The position numbers were made by a program, and so were the translations under genes. From positions 1-64,000 of IMG/VR virus record IMGVR_UViG_2974664081_000001: DNA of 64,000 nt. One strand, written 5' to 3'. Source of the DNA: a virus. Its lineage: Duplodnaviria > Caudoviricetes. Below the pieces are notes generated by a model. The model was not told where the DNA came from. It saw only the letters and a list, made by a program, of their open reading frames with translations, and did not search any database. Shown here in pieces: positions 8,178-17,701 of this stretch (position 1 is the first letter of the stretch; each line of letters starts with the position of its first letter).

Positions 8178-9386
8178 ATGCAACTCTTCACCGGTAAGCA
8201 ATACCTCCAAATGGACATCGCCAGTGCCTTCGGTCTGGATAACGTTGAATGGGACAAACGACTGGCTTGGTTTGAAGCCCACAAAGACAAGCTCGACGAC
8301 ATGCTCAAGCAGGCCAAGGAGCCTGCCATGTACTTTGCAGCCGTACAGGCATGGAAAGACGTGCAAGCAGGCAAGCCCTCTGGCTATCCAATCTCGTTAG
8401 ATGCCACCTGCTCCGGCTTGCAGATTCTAGCCGTACTGACCGGTGACCGCTCGGCTGCCAGCCTGTGCAACGTCATCAACACCGGCAAACGTGAAGACGC
8501 CTACAAGACCATCTACATCCACATGGTGGAGAAGCTGGGCGAACAGGCCAAGATCAGCCGGGACAAGACCAAACAGGCCATTCTGACCTCGCTGTATGGC
8601 TCCGAGGCCATTCCTAAACAGGTCTTCGGTGAAGGCAAGCTGCTGTATACCTTCATGGAAACCATGGCCACTGACTGCCCGGCAGCGTGGAAACTCAACG
8701 AGTTCTACCTGAGCATCTGGAACCCAGAAGCCTTGCTGTACAGCTGGGTATTGCCAGACAACTGGCATGTCCGTACCAAGGTCATGGGCCAAGTGGCTGA
8801 GACCGTACACTTCGACAACCAACCGTTCGACGTGTACACCAAGGTCAACATGCCTATTGAAAAGGGCCGTTCGTTGGGAGCCAACACCACTCACTCCATT
8901 GACGGCATGATCGTCCGTGAGATGGTGCGTCGTTGCATGTACAACCCGGAACAGGTACAGGAAGTTCGCTTCCTGATGGCTAACCCGGATGTGTGGAGCT
9001 GCCCAGAACAGCCAGAAGGCGAAGACTATGAGCTGTTGCTGGCTCTGCTGCACCACTACGAGGAGACTGGCTACCTGTCTGCCCGGATCCTCGATTGCAT
9101 CGGCTACCACACGGCTCACTTGATTCCATGGGATGCAGTGAGTGAACTGTTGGACAGCCTTCCAAAGAAGCCTTTCCAGCTGATCACCATTCACGATTGC
9201 TTCCGCTGCCTGCCAAACTATGGCAATGACCTGCGTCGTCAGTACAACCTGCAACTGCACTTGATTGCCAAGTCCAAGTTGCTGTCGTCCATCCTGACCC
9301 AAATCATGGGTCAGCCAATGGATATCGAGAAACTCGACCCAACTTTGGCCGACGACATTCTCGAAGCTGATTACGCACTCTCTTGA
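8178..9386 (+). CDS. RNA polymerase II subunit 2 (N4 gp16-like)
   Basis: T7-type motifs: LDATCSGLQI (A), RDKTKQAILTSLYG (B), ANTTHSIDG, TIHDCF (C). Confidence 0.95.
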   Translation: MQLFTGKQYLQMDIASAFGLDNVEWDKRLAWFEAHKDKLDDMLKQAKEPAMYFAAVQAWKDVQAGKPSGYPISLDATCSGLQILAVLTGDRSAASLCNVINTGKREDAYKTIYIHMVEKLGEQAKISRDKTKQAILTSLYGSEAIPKQVFGEGKLLYTFMETMATDCPAAWKLNEFYLSIWNPEALLYSWVLPDNWHVRTKVMGQVAETVHFDNQPFDVYTKVNMPIEKGRSLGANTTHSIDGMIVREMVRRCMYNPEQVQEVRFLMANPDVWSCPEQPEGEDYELLLALLHHYEETGYLSARILDCIGYHTAHLIPWDAVSELLDSLPKKPFQLITIHDCFRCLPNYGNDLRRQYNLQLHLIAKSKLLSSILTQIMGQPMDIEKLDPTLADDILEADYALS

Positions 9387-9393
9387 TACACTT

Positions 9394-9425
9394 GGGACTA
9401 CCTTCGGGTAGTCCCTTTATTTTTT
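9394..9425 (+). terminator. Rho-independent terminator
   Basis: GGGACTACC-TTCG-GGTAGTCCC followed by TTTATTTTTT. Confidence 0.9.
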
Positions 9426-9442
9426 CAGTGAGAGACCTATCA

Positions 9443-10201
9443 ATGGCCACGAAAAAAGTTGCCTGGAATGCAACCACCCGTACTGCGACCGTACTCACGC
9501 AAGCAGCTGCCCTGCCCGGAGGCTCCGAGTCGCTGGGCACTTTCGAACATCCCGATCCTACCGACCAGCTGAGCCGTAACGAATACAGCCACGTCGTCTG
9601 GCACCACGTCCGTGACCTGCTGTACAAGGTCAAGAACTGGCAGGACATGCAGGCTGTAACCGTGGTGGACACCACTGTGGTCAAGGCCACTGGCCTGACC
9701 GTTACCCCGGCATCGATTACCTCGGGCGTAGGCACCCTGATCCAACTGGCTCCTGTGGTAGCCCCGGCTACCGTGACCGATGACCGTGTGACCTACACCT
9801 CGGACAACACCGAGATCGCCACCGTCAACGAACGTGGTGAAGTTCTGAGCAAGAAAGTCGGCAGCACCAAGATCCATGTCCGTACTGCCGATGGCACTCA
9901 GATCCTCAAGTCGGTGCCGGTCACCTTCGTCACTGGCTTCAAGGCCGTGACCTCGATCACTTTGGCTCCAGCCACTGTGACCCTGACCGTGGCCGCACCA
10001 ACTGCCCAGCTGACCCCAACTGTGCTGCCAGCGGATGCTACCGAGAAGGGCGTAACCTACACCTCCAGTGACCCAACCAAAGCCACCGTGTCGGCTACCG
10101 GTCTGGTCACCCGTGTAGCCAACGGCACCACTACCATCACTGCCACGGCAAAAGATGGTAGCGGCAAAGTGGGAACCCGTCTGGTGACTGTCACCGCCTA
10201 A
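9443..10201 (+). CDS. Ig-like (Big_2) capsid decoration protein (N4 gp17-like)
   Basis: Two Thr/Val-rich Big_2 repeats (VTYTSDNTEIATVNERGEV; VTYTSSDPTKATVSATGLV); synteny after RNAP2. Confidence 0.85.
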   Translation: MATKKVAWNATTRTATVLTQAAALPGGSESLGTFEHPDPTDQLSRNEYSHVVWHHVRDLLYKVKNWQDMQAVTVVDTTVVKATGLTVTPASITSGVGTLIQLAPVVAPATVTDDRVTYTSDNTEIATVNERGEVLSKKVGSTKIHVRTADGTQILKSVPVTFVTGFKAVTSITLAPATVTLTVAAPTAQLTPTVLPADATEKGVTYTSSDPTKATVSATGLVTRVANGTTTITATAKDGSGKVGTRLVTVTA

Positions 10202-10230
10202 GAATGGTTGCTTGGGTTTAGTGACTTATG

Positions 10231-10262
10231 AGGCCCGTCCATGTGACGGGCCTTTTCTTTTT
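10231..10262 (+). terminator. Rho-independent terminator
   Basis: AGGCCCGTC-CATGT-GACGGGCCT followed by T-rich tail. Confidence 0.9.
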
Positions 10263-10277
10263 CAACAGGAGAATCAG

Positions 10278-10499
10278 ATGCCTACCAAAAAGCGATTCCT
10301 GTGCCGGATCGGCATCCATAAATGGGGCCGAGTCCACCCAGCTGTGTATCCCAGTCCCGAAGCGGAGAGACTGGCTGTAGCCAGTAAGCCTGCCATGCGG
10401 GCTTGTCAGTGCTGCGATCAGGACCAGTATCTAGACAAGCATTGTCTGGGTCTGAATCCACCTACTTACACCAGCACTTGGCGAAACGTGGAGGATTGA
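10278..10499 (+). CDS. Small Cys/His protein (LCRIGIHKW, CxCC)
   Basis: AGGAG RBS; LCRxGxHKW pattern seen in small phage proteins. Confidence 0.6.
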   Translation: MPTKKRFLCRIGIHKWGRVHPAVYPSPEAERLAVASKPAMRACQCCDQDQYLDKHCLGLNPPTYTSTWRNVED

Positions 10500-10501
10500 C
10501 C

Positions 10502-10744
10502 GTGGCTCAAGACTACAGCAAGCCCTTTATCGTCAAGATCCAGAAATCTCTGGCCACCTCGGGCGATACCCCTTCGATTCTGGTCTACAACAAAGACCGT
10601 TCGGTCATGTGGGAAGAGCCTGAATCCCCGGCCATGAAGAAACTGATGGGTAACCGCATCAAAGTCTTCTACTGGGCAACCATCGATGTGGCTGGTGGAT
10701 TGGCAATCAATGCCAACCATCCTGCCCGTGATCCGGGGTGGTGA
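10502..10744 (+). CDS. Hypothetical protein
   Basis: GTG start with GGAGG RBS. Confidence 0.6.
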   Translation: MAQDYSKPFIVKIQKSLATSGDTPSILVYNKDRSVMWEEPESPAMKKLMGNRIKVFYWATIDVAGGLAINANHPARDPGW

Positions 10745-10745
10745 C

Positions 10746-10985
10746 ATGAACCGTTACCCTCCGGTAAGCCAACAGGTCAAAGACCGTCTGGTGGCCTACA
10801 ACCAGAAGCATCCGTCATGGGGTTCGCTACACATCATCATGGCAGACTACAACGTCAACGAATCTGACGTTCTCTTCTGCCTGAACAGTGCCCATGAGCG
10901 ACAAGACCGAGAGGGCTATTGGCTCGCTCTGGAACTGCTCAAGATGTCAAGGACCCAGCGTAACAAGCTGGCCCACATCCTATGA
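10746..10985 (+). CDS. Hypothetical protein
   Basis: ATG right after upstream stop. Confidence 0.65.
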   Translation: MNRYPPVSQQVKDRLVAYNQKHPSWGSLHIIMADYNVNESDVLFCLNSAHERQDREGYWLALELLKMSRTQRNKLAHIL

Positions 10986-11362
10986 CCTGTCATCTGCCAC
11001 TCAGCATCGATACTGCTGAACTGGCCGGACGACGGGACGAGATTATGGCCCGTATCTATGAACGAGTCGAAGTCAAAGACCTCGGCTTCGTTCTGGATGG
11101 GAAGCCCAGCCCCTGTCACATCTGGACCGGACCTGACTCCGGTACAGGCAAGGGAGGCGGCTATGGCCGCATGTCCCTCAACAGCCAGACAGTGGCAGTC
11201 CACCTTGTGGTGTACACCCACTATTTCGGCTACATCCCCGGCAAGAAGCAGATCGACCACAGGTGTAACAACCGCCTGTGCTGTAACCCTGTCCATCTCG
11301 AAATGGTCAGCCACATCACCAATCAGAAACGGCGAGCACAGCGAGCCAAGGAAACCCAATGA
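10982..11362 (+). CDS. HNH endonuclease-like protein (N4 gp22-like)
   Basis: CHIWTG...GYG...HLVVY...IDHRCNNRLCCNPVHLEMVSHITN. Confidence 0.85.
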   Translation: MTCHLPLSIDTAELAGRRDEIMARIYERVEVKDLGFVLDGKPSPCHIWTGPDSGTGKGGGYGRMSLNSQTVAVHLVVYTHYFGYIPGKKQIDHRCNNRLCCNPVHLEMVSHITNQKRRAQRAKETQ

Positions 11363-11562
11363 ACAAGCTTTCGACTGGCGACGATTCCACTCTTGGTAAT
11401 CACCGCAAACTGGCTATTGCCGCCTTCGGCAAGGACAGTGCAGCCGTCAAGTTCCTTGACGACAAGATCAAGGAGCAAGGCGAGGATGAAGAAGTCATCC
11501 AAGACGAAGGGCAGATGGTCTACCTGCTCGCCAACATCCACTTCAGAGGACTGAGCCAATGA
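11359..11562 (+). CDS. Hypothetical protein
   Basis: 67 aa, ATGA overlap. Confidence 0.65.
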   Translation: MNKLSTGDDSTLGNHRKLAIAAFGKDSAAVKFLDDKIKEQGEDEEVIQDEGQMVYLLANIHFRGLSQ

Positions 11563-11900
11563 GCAAACAGATCCTCGGCTATGACCAGAATGGTCGGGCC
11601 ATCGAACCCATCGGGCCGGGCATGCTTGCCACGGCTGCTTTGGTGGTGTGCTCGAAATGCCACAAAGTGATCCGTTCGGCGGGTGGTCCTTCGCATGGTG
11701 CGCTTTGTGTGGAACACTCCAACAAACGTCTAATGCTGGACAAGACGTACACCGCCGAGGCCTTGTCTGACCTCGACCGCGATATGGAAGAAGCCTTCGA
11801 CGAACGCTTCACCCCCGAAGCTGCTGGCATCCCGAAGGATGAGCATGGCTTCGAGAAGGGGCACTTCCGCGTACAAATCACCTGGATCAACGAGGAATAG
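11559..11900 (+). CDS. Hypothetical protein with CxxC
   Basis: 113 aa, ATGA overlap. Confidence 0.65.
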   Translation: MSKQILGYDQNGRAIEPIGPGMLATAALVVCSKCHKVIRSAGGPSHGALCVEHSNKRLMLDKTYTAEALSDLDRDMEEAFDERFTPEAAGIPKDEHGFEKGHFRVQITWINEE

Positions 11901-11907
11901 CGAACCA

Positions 11908-12177
11908 ATGGAGCAACTGAACCAAGGACGTAGCTATGTCTCGGATCCTCCTTTCTCCCGTCGTGTAGCCTTCTTGGTTCAAGAAGGTGACGTGGGTGCG
12001 ACCCAAGGAATGTACTTAGGGCAGGAGGATTACACCTTCAAGCCGGAAGACGTAGGCCGCCTCATCGAGGTGGTACAAGACATGTCTCCCGGATTCCTTT
12101 CATGGCGTTTCGGGTCGATGTTCTCCGACCTTACGGAGCAATACCCCGATCCATTCCCCTACGTTTCAGTGGAGTAA
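11908..12177 (+). CDS. Hypothetical protein
   Basis: ATG 11908 with GAGG RBS. Confidence 0.6.
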   Translation: MEQLNQGRSYVSDPPFSRRVAFLVQEGDVGATQGMYLGQEDYTFKPEDVGRLIEVVQDMSPGFLSWRFGSMFSDLTEQYPDPFPYVSVE

Positions 12178-12180
12178 ACC

Positions 12181-12414
12181 ATGCCGTGCTATGACCCCCG
12201 TGACAACGATCCGGCAGCTATCCGTTCGGAAGCTATCGCTCGCTTTGCTGTCGAATTTCGTCACAACAGTCCTGTGGCAGAAATGCTCTGCCACATCCTG
12301 ACTCACATCCACCCAGCAGACATCGCAAGAATGCCTGAAGAAATTCAGGTGTGGTGGAAAGAGCACCAAGCTCGTGATGCTGCCAAGGAGCGAGCCAATG
12401 GAAAACCAGCCTAA
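12181..12414 (+). CDS. Hypothetical protein
   Basis: 77 aa, GGAG RBS. Confidence 0.65.
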   Translation: MPCYDPRDNDPAAIRSEAIARFAVEFRHNSPVAEMLCHILTHIHPADIARMPEEIQVWWKEHQARDAAKERANGKPA

Positions 12415-12844
12415 GTTCGATTTTCAGAACATGGATATAAAGCTATATCTGGCTTTGAAGAAGCTGCTTGCAGCTGGGCCTCGTGGGGCGGAAAAAGCCC
12501 TGACTGATGCAGCCAATCTGGCTATTCAAGAATTTGAGCTGAGCCATGGTCCCCTGCCTGACTGGGCTGTAGGCCGTAACTGGGGGTATGAACTGATCCC
12601 AGGTGCCCAGCTCTGCACTAAAGACGGTCGTCGTACTGGTAATGCTCACATCATTCGTCATGGTGAAGGCATTGCTGCTGGGCCGGTTCATGTACCCACC
12701 TTCGAGTGTCTCACTGATGCTGGGCACAAGATCCTACATACCGAAAAAGAAATCGAAAGCGAGTTCTACATCGGTGACTGGATCTCTGATCCAAAAGACG
12801 TAGTGAAAAAGTTTGACCGGCAGGGTCACTTCAAAGATCTCTAG
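12398..12844 (+). CDS. Hypothetical protein
   Basis: ATG 12398 with AAGGAG RBS. Confidence 0.7.
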   Translation: MENQPKFDFQNMDIKLYLALKKLLAAGPRGAEKALTDAANLAIQEFELSHGPLPDWAVGRNWGYELIPGAQLCTKDGRRTGNAHIIRHGEGIAAGPVHVPTFECLTDAGHKILHTEKEIESEFYIGDWISDPKDVVKKFDRQGHFKDL

Positions 12845-12905
12845 CGTCCCTCGATTGGTTGCTTGGGGTTAAACACCTTTTAGAAACTCTCATTAGGAGT
12901 CCGTA

Positions 12906-14405
12906 ATGGACATCCGTCAAATACTCAAGGAAATTCTCATGGCACAAGCAAAAGCTCCTTCCCGTACTCTGGCTACCGAAGACAACGCTGTTCAGGTTGC
13001 CGAGATCGTCCACCACAAGGGTCAGCTGATGATCCCTGAAGGCATGACCGTCGATCAGGCTATCGACCTGCTGGATCGTCGTCGCTCGTACCTCGAAGAA
13101 GTGGTGGCCGTTCGCCGCACCTTCAACGTTTTCCCGTGGGATGGCGCCAACGCTCTGGCCATCGCTCTGGAAGAGCAGTTCGGCTGGGCCGCTGCTGAAG
13201 GTACTCCGACCTTCTTCGGCAAGCGTCCACCGGAAATGATCACCATCGAAGTCGGTCCGGGCCTGACCCGCAAGATCCCGTGGGGTCGTTTCAGCCTGCC
13301 GGGCGTGGATGGCTACGTCCAAACCACTTCCAGCCGTGTCGATGGTCGTATCGTCTTCAGCTGCTACGCCGAAGTAAAGCGTAACAGCGAGAAGACCGTG
13401 GAAGACCTGTACGACCGCATCGGCAAGTACCTGAACAGCAACTCGATCTACGCCGGTCAGGCCATCAAGATCCGCTTCCGCGACGACGAAGGCGATCTGC
13501 TGGAAATGCCTGAGCCGAAGTTCCTCGAAACTGCGCACATCTCCCGTGACATGCTGGTCTACAGCAAGGAAGTGACCGAGCAGATCGAAACCAACCTGTT
13601 CGCGCCTATCGAGCGCATTCAGGACTGCCTGGCCAACGACATTCCGGTCAAGCGTGGTGTGCTGCTGGGTGGTCCATACGGCACCGGCAAGACCATGGCT
13701 GCCACCGTGGCCAGCCGTCTGGCCGTGGACAACGGCGTGACCTACCTGTACGTCCCACATGCGGACGAACTGGGTGATGCCATCGCCTTCGCCAAGCAGT
13801 ACCAGTCCACCGCCTGCGTAATCTTCTGCGAGGACATCGACCGTGCCATCACTGGCGAGCGTTCGGTCGAGATGGATGACATCCTGAACATCCTCGACGG
13901 CATCGACACCAAGGGCAACAAAATCATCACCGTCCTGACCACCAACCACCTGCTGGACATCAACCCGGCTCTGCTGCGTCCGGGCCGTCTGGACTCGATC
14001 ATCAACGTGGTCGCTCCTGACGCCGAAGCCGTGGAACGTCTGGTTCGCCTGTACGGCAAGGAATCCATCCTGCCGGAAACCGACCTGACCGAAGTCGGCA
14101 AACTGCTGGACGGTGCCATCCCTGCTGTAGTGGCCGAAGTGGTCAAGCGTGCCAAGCTGGCTCAGCTGCGCCTGCAACCGAAAGGCACCAAGGTCGAAGC
14201 CATCTCGGCTGAAGCCCTGATCGTCTCGGCCAAGTCCATCAAGCCGCAAATGGACCTGCTGGAACAGCAAAGCCGCGTGAAAGTCGCTGAGCCGACCTTC
14301 AAAGAAGTGATGGGCGATGCCCTGAATCACGCCCTGAACGGCACCAAGGAACTGCTGGCCATTCAGGCCAAGCAGACCGCTGAAATGCACGAACGCATCG
14401 TGTAA
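12906..14405 (+). CDS. AAA+ ATPase (classic AAA clade)
   Basis: Walker A GVLLGGPYGTGKT, Walker B IFCEDID, SRH TTNH...NPALLRPGRLD; alternative start at 12939. Confidence 0.9.
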   Translation: MDIRQILKEILMAQAKAPSRTLATEDNAVQVAEIVHHKGQLMIPEGMTVDQAIDLLDRRRSYLEEVVAVRRTFNVFPWDGANALAIALEEQFGWAAAEGTPTFFGKRPPEMITIEVGPGLTRKIPWGRFSLPGVDGYVQTTSSRVDGRIVFSCYAEVKRNSEKTVEDLYDRIGKYLNSNSIYAGQAIKIRFRDDEGDLLEMPEPKFLETAHISRDMLVYSKEVTEQIETNLFAPIERIQDCLANDIPVKRGVLLGGPYGTGKTMAATVASRLAVDNGVTYLYVPHADELGDAIAFAKQYQSTACVIFCEDIDRAITGERSVEMDDILNILDGIDTKGNKIITVLTTNHLLDINPALLRPGRLDSIINVVAPDAEAVERLVRLYGKESILPETDLTEVGKLLDGAIPAVVAEVVKRAKLAQLRLQPKGTKVEAISAEALIVSAKSIKPQMDLLEQQSRVKVAEPTFKEVMGDALNHALNGTKELLAIQAKQTAEMHERIV

Positions 14406-14421
14406 CACCCTGCGGTAATCG

Positions 14422-14458
14422 AAAGCCCACCCGATAAGTTCGGGTGGGCTTTTGTTTT
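14422..14458 (+). terminator. Rho-independent terminator
   Basis: AAAGCCCACCCGA...TCGGGTGGGCTTT plus TGTTTT. Confidence 0.9.
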
Positions 14459-14494
14459 GAGTCTCAAAACCTCTAATTACCAAGGAAAAATCGT

Positions 14495-16501
14495 ATGTCT
14501 GACTTCCAGAAATTCTCAGCTGCTGTGCATGCCCGTTTCACTGCCATGGCAGCTGCTGGCGAGCTGTTCACCATCAATGTCCCCGGCGATGATCTGTGGC
14601 TGGCCTATCTGGGTGCATTCCCGGAAGGCACCAACCCGATCTTCCGTGAGCGTACCGAGCACGACTGCTCGTGCTGCCGTAACTTCATCAAGAATCTGGG
14701 CCGTGTCGTCAGCATCGTTGACGGCGTAGTCGTCACCGTCTGGGATGATTTCCAGAACCTGCCAGCACCTTACGACTTCGTGTCGAAAACCCTGTCGGCC
14801 TTCGTCCGCACTTCGGAAATCGAAGGCGTGTACCGAACCAAGGAACGCAACTACGGCCTTGAGTTCAACCACGAGCGTCTGGCCTCCGGCGATGTACTGA
14901 CGTGGAACCACTTCCACGGCGTAGTACACCAACACCACCTCAGCCCAACCCCGGCACAAGCTGCCGGTGAACTGAACACCACTGCCGGTGTGTTCAAGCG
15001 TGGTCTGGAAGAGATCACCGTTGAAGCACTGGAATCGGTGCTCGGCCTGATCGATGCCAAGGCTCTGTACCGTGGCGAAGAATTCCGCTCCGGCGTCGGC
15101 GCCTTCTACTCCATGAAACAGCAGTACCTGCTGCTGGACGAAACCGGCAAAGGCCTGTTCCCGTGGGAACACCTGAACAAGCCTGCTGCCCGTATTCGCA
15201 ACACGGCCATCGGCACCCTGCTGCAAGACCTGTCCGAAGGCATGGAGCTGGAAGCGGCTGTCCGTGCCTTCGAGAAGAAGGTAGCCCCCGAGAACTACAA
15301 GCGCACCACGGCCCTGATCACCCCGAAAATGATCGAAGACGGTCTGAAAACCCTGCGTGAGCTGGGACTGGAATCTGCCGTCAACCGTCGCTTTGCCCGT
15401 CTGAGCGACATGTCGGTCACCAATGTGCTGTGGGCCAGCGGCAATGCTCGCAACGTCATGCGTGACCCGCTGGCCGATGCTCTGCTGGGTTCGAGCCAAG
15501 TGAAGAAAACCGGTGGGCGTGTCTCCGGCCTGACCATCAGTGCCGACGAGTTCATGGCCAATGTGGTGCCGAAGGCTGCCCAACTGGAAGTGATGGTCAC
15601 AAACCAACACGCCAACAACTTCGTCAGCCTGACCGCCCCGGTCGATCCTGAAGTGGGCCGCCTATTCAAGTGGGACAACAACTTCGCTTGGTCCTACAAC
15701 GGCAACGTCACTGACTCCATCAAGGAAAAGGTGAAAGCTGCCGGTGGTAACGTCACCAATGCCAAGCTGCGTGTCTCGCTGGCGTGGTTCAACGGCGACG
15801 ATCTGGACATCCACTGCATTTGCCCGGATGGGCATATCTGCTTCTACGACAAGCGCAACATCTTGGACGTAGACATGAACGCCGGGGTCGCACGCAATAC
15901 CAAAGATCCAGTGGAAAACCTCAGCTGGACCAACCCGAAAGACGGCACCTACCGTGTTCAGGTCAATCAGTATGCCTCGCGCAGCCGTGACAATGTAGGC
16001 TTCGTAGTGGAGCTGGAAAACGACGGTCGGCTGAACCAATACAGCTACAGCCGTGCTTCCCGCTCCGGCGAATACGTCGAAGTCATCACCTTCGATGTCA
16101 AAGACGGCAAGGTGGTCAACCTGTCCATCGCCAAAGATGTCGTCGGCCAAGGCATCAGCCGTGAGGTCTGGGGCATTCCAACTGAGCAATTCCGCAAGGT
16201 GGAAACCTTGATGCTCAGCCCGAACCACTGGGATGACAACCAGATGGGCAACAAGCATTACCTGTTCATGCTGGAAGGCTGCAAAAACCCTGAACCGGCC
16301 CGTGGCATCTACAACGAGTACCTGCGTTCGGAACTGGAGCCGCACCGCAAGGTATTCGAGGTCCTTGGTTCCAAGACCCTGTGCCCGGTAGTCGATGACC
16401 AGCTGTCCGGCATCGGCTTCTCCTCCACCCGTAATGATCTCGTGACCATCCGCGCCACCACGGCTGACGGCCAAAGCGAGGTCCTCAATGTCCAATTCTG
16501 A
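14495..16501 (+). CDS. Large hypothetical protein with N-terminal HxCxCC motif and YfaP/DUF2135-like domain
   Basis: EHDCSCCRNF; LRVSLAWFNGDDLDIHC...LDVDMNAG...PVENLSW...GTYRVQVNQY. Confidence 0.75.
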   Translation: MSDFQKFSAAVHARFTAMAAAGELFTINVPGDDLWLAYLGAFPEGTNPIFRERTEHDCSCCRNFIKNLGRVVSIVDGVVVTVWDDFQNLPAPYDFVSKTLSAFVRTSEIEGVYRTKERNYGLEFNHERLASGDVLTWNHFHGVVHQHHLSPTPAQAAGELNTTAGVFKRGLEEITVEALESVLGLIDAKALYRGEEFRSGVGAFYSMKQQYLLLDETGKGLFPWEHLNKPAARIRNTAIGTLLQDLSEGMELEAAVRAFEKKVAPENYKRTTALITPKMIEDGLKTLRELGLESAVNRRFARLSDMSVTNVLWASGNARNVMRDPLADALLGSSQVKKTGGRVSGLTISADEFMANVVPKAAQLEVMVTNQHANNFVSLTAPVDPEVGRLFKWDNNFAWSYNGNVTDSIKEKVKAAGGNVTNAKLRVSLAWFNGDDLDIHCICPDGHICFYDKRNILDVDMNAGVARNTKDPVENLSWTNPKDGTYRVQVNQYASRSRDNVGFVVELENDGRLNQYSYSRASRSGEYVEVITFDVKDGKVVNLSIAKDVVGQGISREVWGIPTEQFRKVETLMLSPNHWDDNQMGNKHYLFMLEGCKNPEPARGIYNEYLRSELEPHRKVFEVLGSKTLCPVVDDQLSGIGFSSTRNDLVTIRATTADGQSEVLNVQF

Positions 16502-16508
16502 GGTCAAC

Positions 16509-16910
16509 ATGGATAACCTGTTCGAGAAAGCCACTCGCCAAAAGCTGCTGTTCGAAAGCAAGGTCGGCCAGATCAACACCGAGCAACTGTGGGATCTTCC
16601 ACTGCTCAGCAAGAACGGTCTCGATCTCGATACCGTGGCCAAAACTGCCAAGCGCCAACTGGATGCTGCCAGCGAAGAATCCTTCGTCAGCAACACCAGC
16701 CCGGCGAAGGCTCTGGCCGAGCTGAGGCTCGAAGTGGTCAAGCACATCATCTCGGTGAAACTCGCTGAGAAAGATGCTGCGGCCAAGAAAGCCAGCAAGG
16801 CCGAGCTGCGTAAGCAACTCACGGCTGCCCTGGCTGAGAAGCAGTCTGATGCCCTCAAAGGCATGTCGGTCGAAGAAATCGAGCGCAAGCTCGCTGAGCT
16901 GGAAGACTGA
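16509..16910 (+). CDS. Coiled-coil hypothetical protein, partner of upstream gene
   Basis: GAGG RBS; LFEKATRQKLLF...EQLWDLPL; Lys/Ala helical C-terminus. Confidence 0.75.
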   Translation: MDNLFEKATRQKLLFESKVGQINTEQLWDLPLLSKNGLDLDTVAKTAKRQLDAASEESFVSNTSPAKALAELRLEVVKHIISVKLAEKDAAAKKASKAELRKQLTAALAEKQSDALKGMSVEEIERKLAELED

Positions 16911-16912
16911 CC

Positions 16913-16949
16913 AATCGGGGACCTGTTATGGGTCCCCGATTTTTGTTTT
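16913..16949 (+). terminator. Rho-independent terminator
   Basis: AATCGGGGACC...GGTCCCCGATT plus TTTGTTTT. Confidence 0.9.
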
Positions 16950-16983
16950 GAATTTCAATCCCTTAACTCAAGGACAAGACGCT

Positions 16984-17328
16984 ATGAGCCACGCTGACAA
17001 ACGCAGTCCGAGCACCGATGCTCTCGAAACCCTCGGCATGATCCACTTCAAGCCTGAAGCCCGTGACGCCATTCACTTGGCCGTCGAGCCAGTCATTGCC
17101 TTCTGCAATCTGGAAGTAGGGCAGAAAGTCGGCATTATCAACGGTGAAGCTTGTCCTACCGGTTTCATGATGGAGAACGGGAAACGAGTGCCTTACCACG
17201 GCATCGTAGATCCCTTCCTGCCTGAAGGTCCTCTTGAGGGTCAATCTTTCTGGTTCGTCATGGCTCCCCGCATGGTGCAATCCTTGCGCCATGTGTGGGA
17301 GCACCCGGACTTCCCGGAGGGTAAGTGA
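16984..17328 (+). CDS. Hypothetical protein
   Basis: ATG 16984 after AAGGA RBS. Confidence 0.7.
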   Translation: MSHADKRSPSTDALETLGMIHFKPEARDAIHLAVEPVIAFCNLEVGQKVGIINGEACPTGFMMENGKRVPYHGIVDPFLPEGPLEGQSFWFVMAPRMVQSLRHVWEHPDFPEGK

Positions 17329-17693
17329 TGTCCGACTTGAATCAAGGTCATCTGCCCTACCCGGTTGAAGAGCACAAAGGCCGTGTCATGTGCGGTGATC
17401 CGGTGGCCATTGCCTACGAATGGATCATGGCCTACGCCAAAAACCTCACTGATCAAGTGAGTGACGCCTATGACGGGCATGGGGGCGAGATCACCGTCGA
17501 TGAGTTGATGGAAGTTGCCGATAGTCATCAGCCTGACGAAAACGGCAACAACGGCTGGGGTGACTACATCTCTCGTGGTGGCACCTTCGAAGGTGAAAGC
17601 GTTGATCCCATGTTCTGGGAAAAATACGCCATCGTCCGGGGTAAACACATTGACGACGTAGACCAGTCGTCGTTCTTTTCCTGCTCTTGCTGA
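17325..17693 (+). CDS. Hypothetical acidic protein ending in CSC
   Basis: 122 aa, GGAGG RBS, GTGA overlap. Confidence 0.7.
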   Translation: MMSDLNQGHLPYPVEEHKGRVMCGDPVAIAYEWIMAYAKNLTDQVSDAYDGHGGEITVDELMEVADSHQPDENGNNGWGDYISRGGTFEGESVDPMFWEKYAIVRGKHIDDVDQSSFFSCSC

Positions 17694-17701
17694 GGTCTGA
17701 C

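Noticed and set aside
10982-11362. HNH gene as an intron-associated homing element
   Set aside because: Translationally coupled to both neighbours, interrupts no gene, and sits where N4-like phages carry a conserved HNH protein
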